This document shows positions 49,278 to 58,462 of a stretch of 64,000 bases of DNA, piece after piece (within the stretch, counting starts at the first letter, position 1; each line of letters begins with the position of its first letter). The notes under the pieces are model-generated. The model was not told the DNA's origin, did not search any database, and was given only the letters and a program-made list of their open reading frames with translations. Position numbers and translations under genes: made by a program. The DNA comes from Candidatus Cloacimonadota bacterium. GTDB taxonomy: Bacteria; Cloacimonadota; Cloacimonadia; Cloacimonadales; TCS61. The stretch covers positions 3,634 to 67,633 of the forward strand of contig JAIPGP010000006.1 in the NCBI GenBank assembly GCA_021735645.1. Reading direction: 5' to 3'.

Positions 49278-50359
49278 AAAAGATACTGATTGTTTTGATC
49301 ATATTATCAGGAGTATATTTATATTGTAATGAACCACCGGTTGTCAGTAATATTATTGTGGAACAGCGAGACGATGGCAGTTATCTGGTTGATATTTATT
49401 ATGATCTGGAAGATGCTGATGGAGATAGCATGCTGGTAAGCGTTAGTGCTTCTGATGATGAAGGTATTTCTTGGAATTATGTGATCGTTTCTGTGGAAGG
49501 TGATATTGGTAATGATATTGTATCCGGTAACGGGAAGCAGGTGATCTGGGATTTTGCTGTTGATCATCCTGAAGTCTTGAATATACCTACAATGATCAGA
49601 ATCACTGCTGATGACCGTAATGGTGAAGGTATTGAAAGCATGATCTTCGTGGAAGGTGGTTTATTTGAGATGGGTGACCAGTTTAATGAGGGAAATGATG
49701 ATGAATTACCGGTTCATAATGTAACTCTAAGCAATTTCTATATAGGTCAGTATGAAGTTACGCAGGGTGAATATGAAGCCGTTATGGGCAGCAATCCGGC
49801 TCATAGTTATGGAGTTGGCGATTATTATCCTGTATATTACGTGACCTGGTATAATGCAGTGCAATATTGCAATGCTTTGAGTGAGATTGAAGGCTTAACA
49901 CCCTGCTATAATTTGTCTGACTGGAGTTGTGATTTTAGTGTTGATGGTTATAGATTGCCCACTGAAGCGGAATGGGAATATGCCGCGCGAGGTGGCTTGA
50001 ATTGGGAAGATAATTATCGTTACAGCGGAACAACGGACAATTTGGGAGATTATGCCTGGTATTATAATAATTCAGGTTCACAGACTCATGAAGTCGGAAC
50101 AAAGGAACCAAACCAGCTTAACATTTATGATATGAGCGGTAACGTTTGTGAATGGTGTAATGATTGGTATTCCAGTAGTTATTATGGCTCAAGCCCCAGT
50201 AGTGATCCAACTGGACCTGATAACGGGTCTGAACGTATGGTTCGTGATGGCTTCTGGAATAACTATGCCAGTTACTGCCGTGTAGCTGATCGTCACGGCG
50301 ACCATCCCAGCACTAGTCAAGACAGTGTGGGCTTCCGCATCCTCAGGACAGCAGAATAA
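49274..50359 (+). CDS. Secreted FGE-sulfatase/SUMF1-like (CLec-fold) protein with N-terminal Ig-like domain; C-terminus resembles a DGR variable region
   Basis: GGLFEMGD; P.H.VTL..FYIGQYEVTQ; YRLPTEAEWEYAARGG; PNQL.IYDMSGNVCEWC.DWY; terminal GFRI.R. ATGA overlap with the dockerin gene. Confidence 0.93.
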   Translation: MKKILIVLIILSGVYLYCNEPPVVSNIIVEQRDDGSYLVDIYYDLEDADGDSMLVSVSASDDEGISWNYVIVSVEGDIGNDIVSGNGKQVIWDFAVDHPEVLNIPTMIRITADDRNGEGIESMIFVEGGLFEMGDQFNEGNDDELPVHNVTLSNFYIGQYEVTQGEYEAVMGSNPAHSYGVGDYYPVYYVTWYNAVQYCNALSEIEGLTPCYNLSDWSCDFSVDGYRLPTEAEWEYAARGGLNWEDNYRYSGTTDNLGDYAWYYNNSGSQTHEVGTKEPNQLNIYDMSGNVCEWCNDWYSSSYYGSSPSSDPTGPDNGSERMVRDGFWNNYASYCRVADRHGDHPSTSQDSVGFRILRTAE

Positions 50360-50378
50360 TTATGAATAATAAATTTGA

Positions 50379-50507
50379 ATTAAAAAACTAGAGAGGTACA
50401 GTAACCCTGTAAACGATTCCTGCCTTAACCCCTGGCATCGGATGAAAAACTATTCTAATGAAACCCAGGAATCAACCGGGTTCCGGTGTGCTCGAACTGT
50501 GCAGTAG
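50379..50507 (+). pseudogene. Orphan 3' fragment of a second FGE/CLec gene
   Basis: Open frame ...RYSNPVNDSCLNPWHRMKNYSNETQESTGFRCARTVQ* ends in the family-typical GFRCAR. There is no 5' part. Confidence 0.6.
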
Positions 50508-50539
50508 ATCGCAATAGGAGTATTTGATAAGGAGTTACA

Positions 50540-53500
50540 GTGAAATCAAGATTGATTCTGTTCATCATGTTTGTGCTGGCGTTATCTATCTTAAAGGCAA
50601 TTTCAAATATTAACAGCTTTGAGGTAATGTATAATAATGGACAAACTGTTTTGGACAGGACTATTCTTGCCACAGAATCAGATAGTGTATTTCAGCAAGT
50701 GCTGCCTGTGATAGATGGTGAGGAATATTTTGCCCTGAGCAGCAGCAACTGCGAAGTGGAAATCAGTTCAGTAATGAGATTACGTGATCTGGAATTTTCA
50801 ATTCTCACAGTATATCCTTCCGAAAATTTGCTGCCTGGAGACAGTCTTCAGATTGTTTTAGAGGGAAATTGTCAGGCTGAAGTGGAATTATCCAGTCCTG
50901 CCGAATCATTTCTCAAGATGTATATCAGCCTTTTTCCTGAAATGGCTGAACGTGAAAACTGGCGGGAACTTGAGCCAGCCCAGCCTAATATCCTCTATAT
51001 TTATCCCGATATCAGCGAACCTTCTTTCTGGCAGGCTTTTGATTATTTACTGGAATGGAAAAAACAAAAAGGTTTTAAGGTTTATCAGTATGCTGTAGAT
51101 AATGAACCCAGTTCGTCTATAAAAGACTATATCCAAAATGCTTATGACTCCTGGGAAGAACCACCGGAATACGTCTGCCTCGTTGGTGATGCCGGAGGTG
51201 ATTATAATGTCCCTACTGCTTATTTTTCAGGAGGTGAAGGTGACCATTACTACACTACCCTGGCAGGTGATGACCAAATTGCCGATATTCATATCGGTCG
51301 ACTTTCTTTTGATAATATTTTGCAGTGGCAATCCATTGTATATAAAACTATTATGTATGAAAAAGAACCCTATCTGGATAACCCCGACTGGTTCAGCCGG
51401 GCTTTACTGGTTGGTGACCCCACTTCTTCAGGCATGTCGTGTGTTTATACCAATATCAATATCCGCGAATTGATTGAGCATAACTATCCGGAATATGATT
51501 ATCTGGAAATATATGAATATCCCTTCCAGCCAACAATGCAAACGAAGATAGATTTGGGAGTCAGTTACTTCAATTATCGTGGATATGGCGGCATGAGCGG
51601 CTGGTATGATGGCACGGCAAACGGGCTGTATAATGGTATGATGCTCCCATTTGCGGTAATCAGTACCTGTGCAACCGGTGATTTTGCCGGCACTGAAGGC
51701 TGCCGCAGTGAAGTGTTTCTCCAAACCGGCTCTGTGTCTAATCCCAGAGGAGCTATTGGAGCCATCGGCACCGCTACTATCACTACCCATACCTGCTTTA
51801 ATAACTGCTTTGTTACCGGTGTGGCTTATGGCTTATTTGCTGACAAACTGCTGACTATGGGCGCCGCTCATACGAGAGGTAAAACTGCTTTATGGCTGAA
51901 TTATCCCCAAAATCCGGATCAGGCAGCAACAAAATTCTCTTACTGGAATAATCTGATGGGTTGTCCGGCAGTGGCAATCTGGCAGGGCTTCCCCCGCGAA
52001 TTATCTGTTATCAGAGAAGATATTTACTCCACCAGCATGAATAATATTAGTATCCAGGTTCTCAATGAATATTCCGATCCAGCCTGTGAGATGTATTGCT
52101 GCCTCTATAATACTGCAAATGATGAACAGTATTTTTGCTATAGTGACCAGAGCGGCTATGCCAATTTTAGCATGGCAGACCTGGACTCTGATGAATTTAT
52201 TCTCACTGTGAGTGGAAATAATTTTTATCCCTGCCAGGATACTATTTATATTTCAGCAGATTTTGACCTGTATATCAATGACCTCACTTTCTATGACAAC
52301 AGCAGTAATGGCAGTTTTGAGCCTGGTGAAACAGGATCAGTAGGCTTTGAGATCATCAATTGCAGTGATGCCGTTATCGCTCCTCTGGAAATATCTGTTT
52401 TCAGTAATTCCGCAGAGATCATCGTTAGTGATGGAGAAATTGTGATTGATCAGCTTGAACCTGATGCAACCCTATTTATCGATGATATCGGATTGCTGTT
52501 TCAAAATAGCATCACGAATGATCAGCCCCAATTTATCGGCGTCTCGGTTCAATCAGATAACTACTCATTTTATGATACCTACCAACTGCCGGTTACTTTT
52601 TTGGAATTCACTTTAAGTGATTATGATTTTACGGATGATAATAATAATTTACCGGAACCCGGGGAAGTGATCAGTTTCGATTATTGTATTACGAATTCAG
52701 GTGATTGTAATTTAGATGATATTAGCCTGCAATTTACTACTGCCAGCAATATCGTCTGGGTTTCTGACCAGATTATTTCCCTGGGAAGCCTGCAACCGGG
52801 TGATTCTTATCAATCTGCTGAATCGATTTCACTTGATATTGCCCAGGCATTCATTGCCGGAAATAATGAAACTTTGCTCCTGAAATTGAGTAATCCCACC
52901 GGATTTGAACAATATATTGATCTGGAATTCTGCATTGGGGAATCCGGTATTGATCAGCCCACAGGTCCTGATGCTTTCGGATATTGCATCTATGATGAAT
53001 ATGATCAGGAATATCTGGATGTTGATTATGACTGGGTGGAAATTAATGATTACACTGAATTATTTCTCCCGGATAATGGTGATCAAGGTGCATCTTGCCG
53101 GGTGATGCTGCCCTTCAATTTTCGCTATTATGACCAGGACTATGACTGCATTACTGTGTGCTCCAATGGCTGGGTGGCTCCCGGGGATACTGAAAGTGCC
53201 TCCTTTATGAATTGGGCTATCCCCGGCGAAGGTGGAATCTCTCCTGTCATTGCTGTTTTCTGGGATGATCTGGTTAATGCAGATAATAGTGGTATCTATA
53301 CTTACTACTCTCAGGATGATAATTACTTCGTGATCGAATGGGATAGATTACGTAATGACTGGGATAACAGTCTGGAAACATTTGAATTGATTATCTATGA
53401 CAGGCAGTTCTTTCCCAGCTCTAATGGTAATAATCTGCTCAAATTTCAATATAAGGATTTTAATAATACTAATACCGGTAACTATACGGGTACTCACTTA

Positions 53501-55621
53501 GCCAATCACGGACAGTTTGCTACTATAGGTATTGAAGATCAAACCGGTATGTATGGTCTGCAATATACTTATAATGACGATTATCCTGATACCGGGGCAG
53601 AACTTAGCAGCGAAAGCGCTTTGATGATTGGTGGACAGCCGGTCCCTGCCGAATCTGCCTGGATTGTGATAGATGATTGCCATTATTTCAATTCTGCAGG
53701 TGAAAACCTTGTCACTCCGGGTGACTCGATCTCTATCGTGCTCGATTTGTGGAATATTGGCAGTGAAGCTACTCAAGACATCCTCCTGGAACTTTATTGT
53801 GAGAATCTTGATCATATTGATCTGATAGATAATGAACTTTTGATTGGGGAAATTCCACCTCTTACATTGATCGAGGGAATTGCCGGATTAAATTTCTTTA
53901 TCAGTGAAAATTACCCTCCACTGGAAGAATTGCAGTTTGATCTGATAATTAGCTCAAATAGTATGTCGTGGAACTATGGTCTAAATGTTCGGGTTACAGC
54001 TCCATTAATAGATTTTAACGCTGATTATATTGAATTCGGTGAAGTATTTTGTAATTATGAAGCTTATTACGAACTGATTATTGAAAATGATGGCACTGCA
54101 AATCTTCAAGTTTCTGATGTGTATAGCTCTACACCGGAGTTAACTGCTGACTTTTCTCCTATGCTGATTGAACCCGGTGAAACGCAATCCCTTAACCTGA
54201 CATTGCTGACAGATGAGATCGGTGATTTTAATGCAAATCTTACCATAATCAGTAATTCCATCACCTCCAATTCATATATTTTGCCGGTAACTGCTGTAGT
54301 AGTATCGCCACCAGTTATTGTAGTAGATAGCAGTTTGCACTATTTTGAGGCAGAACTTGATGAATTAAACACCTTCCCTATTGATATCAGTAATGCCGGA
54401 GATGGTACTTTATATGTTTCCGCTCATTTGGAAGGATTTTATAATTCAGGAAATGGAGCTTTATTCAGCGGGGGCTACCTGAACCTTTCAGAACCGGTTA
54501 TCACAGGCTCTGAATTCACTATTGAAGCCTGGGCTCGTATTGATGGTCCTGGTTTCCACGTTCATGAATCCAATCCTATCTATGAACAGAGAGATAGCGA
54601 TCCTGAAGATTACCGGGCAATTATGGTTCTCTTTGCCAGATCAAGTTCTGGCTATACTGTTTTCTCTATGCAGGCTGTAAATAGTACTGGCGTTGTATTA
54701 GTAACTCCTGCTCCACCATTCGGAGGATGGCATCACTATGCCGTCACCGTTGATGACGATTTTGTTAACCTGTTTCTGGACGGACAACTCATGGTCACCG
54801 AAATTAATAATGAAAGTGGTGGCTATACTTCCGGGGTAGATTTTACCGGAATTGGATCTCATAGATATAGTGGAATATTAAAAGCATCATATAACGGCAT
54901 GATCGATGAAGTAAGGTTCTGGGATAGAGTCCTTACTCCTCAGGAAATACTCGATCATCAATATCACAGTGTTGACCCTGATTCAGATAACCTTACTGCC
55001 TGCTGGACATTTAATAATCTAAATAACTGGCAGGATATCACCAATTGCGGGATATATACTACTCCTGTTTCATCGGTAGATCATTTTCAATCTGAGGCAC
55101 CCATTAACGATTGGAGCAGTATCGATTCGCAGTCCCTCATCATTGAAGGTGGAGAAAATGGCTTGATTAATCTTATCATAGATACCTCCTGGCTTACTCT
55201 GGGAGACACTTATCAGACAAACCTGATATTAGAAACTAATGATCCCGAAACTGCAGAGATCACTATTCCTGTAGAAGTATCAGTGGTTCCCTCCTCAGAT
55301 AATGAAGATGAAATTATCTCTCATAACCGGCTTGAGCAAAATTATCCTAATCCTTTCCGCTGCAATTCAGATTCCCGAATTGTTACTACTATCGATTATG
55401 CTTTAACTCCGGAAGTAGCAGAAGCTGAAATCATAATCTATAATATCAAAGGGCAAAAAGTTAAAAACTTTATCCTTGATCCGAAAACCCAAACGCTGGG
55501 AAGTATCTCCTGGAATGGATATAATAATCAAAATAGACAGGTCGGCAGCGGAGTATATTGCTATGTATTGAAATCTGACAACAAGATTAACTGTCAGAAG
55601 AAGCTGTTATTACTCAGATAG
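50540..55621 (+). CDS. C25 (gingipain-family) peptidase-like multidomain protein with Ig-like, nidogen-like and LamG domains and a FlgD-Ig/T9SS-like C-terminus
   Basis: WKKQKGF; IKDYIQNAY; PEYVCLVGD; GDHYY; HIGRLS; YEKEP; NYRGY; TCATG; GAIGAIG; NLMG. LamG-like FTIEAW...WHHYAVT...GMIDEVRFW. C-terminal QNYPNPF...IYNIKGQ...SGVY. Confidence 0.92.
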   Translation: MKSRLILFIMFVLALSILKAISNINSFEVMYNNGQTVLDRTILATESDSVFQQVLPVIDGEEYFALSSSNCEVEISSVMRLRDLEFSILTVYPSENLLPGDSLQIVLEGNCQAEVELSSPAESFLKMYISLFPEMAERENWRELEPAQPNILYIYPDISEPSFWQAFDYLLEWKKQKGFKVYQYAVDNEPSSSIKDYIQNAYDSWEEPPEYVCLVGDAGGDYNVPTAYFSGGEGDHYYTTLAGDDQIADIHIGRLSFDNILQWQSIVYKTIMYEKEPYLDNPDWFSRALLVGDPTSSGMSCVYTNINIRELIEHNYPEYDYLEIYEYPFQPTMQTKIDLGVSYFNYRGYGGMSGWYDGTANGLYNGMMLPFAVISTCATGDFAGTEGCRSEVFLQTGSVSNPRGAIGAIGTATITTHTCFNNCFVTGVAYGLFADKLLTMGAAHTRGKTALWLNYPQNPDQAATKFSYWNNLMGCPAVAIWQGFPRELSVIREDIYSTSMNNISIQVLNEYSDPACEMYCCLYNTANDEQYFCYSDQSGYANFSMADLDSDEFILTVSGNNFYPCQDTIYISADFDLYINDLTFYDNSSNGSFEPGETGSVGFEIINCSDAVIAPLEISVFSNSAEIIVSDGEIVIDQLEPDATLFIDDIGLLFQNSITNDQPQFIGVSVQSDNYSFYDTYQLPVTFLEFTLSDYDFTDDNNNLPEPGEVISFDYCITNSGDCNLDDISLQFTTASNIVWVSDQIISLGSLQPGDSYQSAESISLDIAQAFIAGNNETLLLKLSNPTGFEQYIDLEFCIGESGIDQPTGPDAFGYCIYDEYDQEYLDVDYDWVEINDYTELFLPDNGDQGASCRVMLPFNFRYYDQDYDCITVCSNGWVAPGDTESASFMNWAIPGEGGISPVIAVFWDDLVNADNSGIYTYYSQDDNYFVIEWDRLRNDWDNSLETFELIIYDRQFFPSSNGNNLLKFQYKDFNNTNTGNYTGTHLANHGQFATIGIEDQTGMYGLQYTYNDDYPDTGAELSSESALMIGGQPVPAESAWIVIDDCHYFNSAGENLVTPGDSISIVLDLWNIGSEATQDILLELYCENLDHIDLIDNELLIGEIPPLTLIEGIAGLNFFISENYPPLEELQFDLIISSNSMSWNYGLNVRVTAPLIDFNADYIEFGEVFCNYEAYYELIIENDGTANLQVSDVYSSTPELTADFSPMLIEPGETQSLNLTLLTDEIGDFNANLTIISNSITSNSYILPVTAVVVSPPVIVVDSSLHYFEAELDELNTFPIDISNAGDGTLYVSAHLEGFYNSGNGALFSGGYLNLSEPVITGSEFTIEAWARIDGPGFHVHESNPIYEQRDSDPEDYRAIMVLFARSSSGYTVFSMQAVNSTGVVLVTPAPPFGGWHHYAVTVDDDFVNLFLDGQLMVTEINNESGGYTSGVDFTGIGSHRYSGILKASYNGMIDEVRFWDRVLTPQEILDHQYHSVDPDSDNLTACWTFNNLNNWQDITNCGIYTTPVSSVDHFQSEAPINDWSSIDSQSLIIEGGENGLINLIIDTSWLTLGDTYQTNLILETNDPETAEITIPVEVSVVPSSDNEDEIISHNRLEQNYPNPFRCNSDSRIVTTIDYALTPEVAEAEIIIYNIKGQKVKNFILDPKTQTLGSISWNGYNNQNRQVGSGVYCYVLKSDNKINCQKKLLLLR

Positions 55622-55624
55622 TTC

Positions 55625-56620
55625 TTATATTCGATTGATCTTCTTCAAAGATTTGTATTTCTGAGAATACATGCGGCAGGCATTTATCAGGTTGTCCTGT
55701 TTGTGGAAGATTTGAGCGTATTTCTGGAAAATCGGGATTTCTGTGATCTTGTAGAGAACTTTTAGCTGGGCTATATGCAATCTCTGGTACTGGATAGTAG
55801 CTGGGTCTATTTCCGGATACCACTCTGCCTGGCAATGATTATAGCGGCTCCAGTAGCCCAGATCATAGACCGGCAATATATCTGCCACAGTCTGTATCCC
55901 GGAATCAAATAGTATTCTGGCAGTCTTGTCATCTGGAAATACTCTCACATAATCATAAATGCCCAACAAGGCAAATATCATCCCATTCAGAACCATAGTA
56001 GGCAATTCTGCGGTATATTCTTCATAAAAAGGAGCCTGATCGATCAGAATTGTCACCCCGCCCTCTTTGACTGGCAGGCTGAAAGGTTGCAAAGCCAGCT
56101 TGGCAAGATCTGCCCAGTCATCGTTACCTGTAAGCTGAAAACCCCGCAGCAGAATATTTATCGCTCTTGCCTGCGAAAAAGCAGATTGCCAGGGTCCGGG
56201 ATTTTGATATTGCGGTAATGGCACCTTAGTGAGCCAGCGGGCACCCAGTTTGCGGCTCTCTTCGGCATTAGTCTCAAACCAGCGGGGATAATGTAAAAAC
56301 CTTTCTCTGTCCTCTTCTTTGCCGCTTTTCAACCAGGTGTGAAATACCGCCAGCCCCATCTGACCAATGGTAATAGGGAAATATATATATTCTTCTCCCT
56401 CCACATCTATATAGGTCTTGTTAACCGGTATGCCATTTTCATCAAAATGGCTCAGCAGTTTCTGGTCTTTACCACCAGCAACCCGCTTTTCGTCAAACAT
56501 GAAATAATAATATCCCAGGTCACTGCTGGTGACATCTTTAGCTATTGCATAACGTGTTTTGGGGGTATTAATATCATGCAGGAATTTATTGATCATAAAA
56601 GATTTCTTTTTCATACTCAT
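55625..56620 (-). CDS. D-glucuronyl C5-epimerase family protein
   Basis: PITIGQMGL; PWQSAFSQARAI..LLR; GGV; FYEEY...VLNGMIFALLGIYDY; YD.G.WSRY; Y..LHI.QL. Confidence 0.85.
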   Translation of the reverse strand: MSMKKKSFMINKFLHDINTPKTRYAIAKDVTSSDLGYYYFMFDEKRVAGGKDQKLLSHFDENGIPVNKTYIDVEGEEYIYFPITIGQMGLAVFHTWLKSGKEEDRERFLHYPRWFETNAEESRKLGARWLTKVPLPQYQNPGPWQSAFSQARAINILLRGFQLTGNDDWADLAKLALQPFSLPVKEGGVTILIDQAPFYEEYTAELPTMVLNGMIFALLGIYDYVRVFPDDKTARILFDSGIQTVADILPVYDLGYWSRYNHCQAEWYPEIDPATIQYQRLHIAQLKVLYKITEIPIFQKYAQIFHKQDNLINACRMYSQKYKSLKKINRI

Positions 56621-57897
56621 AGTATCTCTCCGAAGAATTCCGCTAGTTTGGCAGTTAACTGCCTGCGGTGAAATTGATTGATGTACTCCCTGTCTATTTC
56701 CGGCTCTTTGCCGTTTTGCCAGTCATTATAGGCATTATTAAATATCTCCAGCCAGTCTGATTCCGCAGCATACACCTTGCCGCAACCGCTGTTTGCAATG
56801 ATCTGGGCTGTATCTCCTGTAGCATCTCCCGCGCCCAGCACCGGACGCTGCACTGCGATATACTCAAATATTTTACCTGGAATATGACCCTTATAATCTG
56901 CCAGCTTTTCCAGAAAAATCAGGTTTAATGATGCTGATTTCATCTTTGCTAAAGCCTTGTGATGCGGCAGGTATCCGCTTATCTGCAGGTTTTCTGCCGG
57001 AATATATTGCCTGATCCGGCTGATTATTTCCGGGTTCACTTTGCCTATCAGTACCAGACGCGTGACCTGCCTTTTATCCCCATCTTCCAGAAAGCTCTCT
57101 AATCCGGCAAAGAACTCCTGATAGTATCTATTTGCCGTGATCCCTCCTGCATGCAAAAGCGTGAAACCTTTCTCCGGCTCAGGCGGTATTCCCATCACCT
57201 CATCATCAAAGCCATTGGTGATCGTACAACAGAGTTTCGCCTTATCTATGGGTAAAAGCTCCTGAAACATGCGACTGGCAGTAGTGATTCCATCGCAATC
57301 CTGCACTACCTTCTTTTCCAGAAATTCGTCCCACCACCGGGCTATCGCCATACGTGGAGCATTTCTGTAATAATGTATTTTCGTCCAGGGATCACGGAAA
57401 TCAGCTATCCATTTGAGTTTATATTTTTTCTGAAGTTTTTGTGCGATCAGATGCGTGGTAGGCGGTGGGGAACTGGAATAGATAAGCTCAATATTTTCTT
57501 CTCTAATTATTCTGCCGGCAGCCTGCACAGCAGATGGCAGCCAACCGATCTTGGCATCAGGAATAAATATATTCAGCCTGAACCAGTGAGCCAGTCTCGT
57601 TTTCCAGTTCAGGTTCTTATTCGCCAGCACTGCAACCGGAATATTCTCTTCTTTCCTGCCGGTAAATTTATTATATAGCAGATCAGGTTCCCAATTAGCT
57701 GTTTTAATAATCCGTATTTCTGCGGGTATTTCATCTATCAAGCTCTGGTCGTAAGCGGGAAAATTGCCTTTATTAACTGTCAGCACTATAGGCTGCCAGC
57801 CAAATTCCGACAGATATTTGACGAATTTAAGGATTCTCTGTACGCCGGGACCCCCAGCCGGGGGCCAGTAATAGGTGATGATCAGAACTCTACGCAT
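56617..57897 (-). CDS. GT4 family glycosyltransferase
   Basis: RVLIITYYWPPAGGPGVQR..KFVKYL; FIPDAKIGW; SSPPP; WIADFRDPW; ITNGFD; PGKIFEY. Start reassigned to ATG 57897. Confidence 0.92.
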   Translation of the reverse strand: MRRVLIITYYWPPAGGPGVQRILKFVKYLSEFGWQPIVLTVNKGNFPAYDQSLIDEIPAEIRIIKTANWEPDLLYNKFTGRKEENIPVAVLANKNLNWKTRLAHWFRLNIFIPDAKIGWLPSAVQAAGRIIREENIELIYSSSPPPTTHLIAQKLQKKYKLKWIADFRDPWTKIHYYRNAPRMAIARWWDEFLEKKVVQDCDGITTASRMFQELLPIDKAKLCCTITNGFDDEVMGIPPEPEKGFTLLHAGGITANRYYQEFFAGLESFLEDGDKRQVTRLVLIGKVNPEIISRIRQYIPAENLQISGYLPHHKALAKMKSASLNLIFLEKLADYKGHIPGKIFEYIAVQRPVLGAGDATGDTAQIIANSGCGKVYAAESDWLEIFNNAYNDWQNGKEPEIDREYINQFHRRQLTAKLAEFFGEIL

Positions 57898-58462
57898 CGT
57901 CGTCTGCTGAAGCTCCCTTCTTTGCTGCCCGTTTCTGCCGCTCTCCTGCACCTACTGCCACACTGCTCACAAATTCATCCAGTTCCGCCTGCGGCACCAT
58001 CTCAATTATTGCATTCAATATCTCCAGCATCTTAGGAAATGCCAAAGTCAGCTCATGCACTTTGATTTCACCCCCATCTCCGAAATAACTGATGTCCAGT
58101 ATCCGCTGCCGCGCTTTGATAAGTTTGATCGAAACAAAGTCCTGCCACATAATAATCACGTTTTTCTTCAATAGATAAGTAAATTCCAGACTATCTTCTC
58201 TAAAAATCAGCCTGTTTATGGTAAACAGGTTTCTCAGCAGCGAATTCAATGCAAAAAAAATGATCAGAAAAGGAACTATCTTAGTGAAAGTAGATGAATC
58301 CGCATTGGTCTTATTCAAGATCAGCCAGCCTCCATAAAATATCGCCAGCCAGGAAAAAATAATCGTAAACCAGCGGATTAGCTGGTTAAACCAGTAGGAG
58401 CGGGGAAATCCCTTCCGCTCATTTATATTCAGATATTCTTCATAATGGTTCATATTCCGCAC
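57890..58462 (-). CDS. Hypothetical membrane protein (2 TM helices plus a soluble, possibly PH-like domain)
   Basis: Two hydrophobic segments; overlaps both neighbours in operon fashion. Confidence 0.75.
   Translation of the reverse strand: MRNMNHYEEYLNINERKGFPRSYWFNQLIRWFTIIFSWLAIFYGGWLILNKTNADSSTFTKIVPFLIIFFALNSLLRNLFTINRLIFREDSLEFTYLLKKNVIIMWQDFVSIKLIKARQRILDISYFGDGGEIKVHELTLAFPKMLEILNAIIEMVPQAELDEFVSSVAVGAGERQKRAAKKGASADDDA

Noticed and set aside
49274-50359. Active formylglycine-generating enzyme
   Set aside because: It lacks the FGE core RGGS(F/Y)LC...YC..YR two-cysteine motif and no sulfatase is nearby. A binding (CLec) role fits better.
50360-50540. DGR template repeat next to the FGE gene
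   Set aside because: It is not AAC-rich and differs from the putative variable region at many non-adenine positions.
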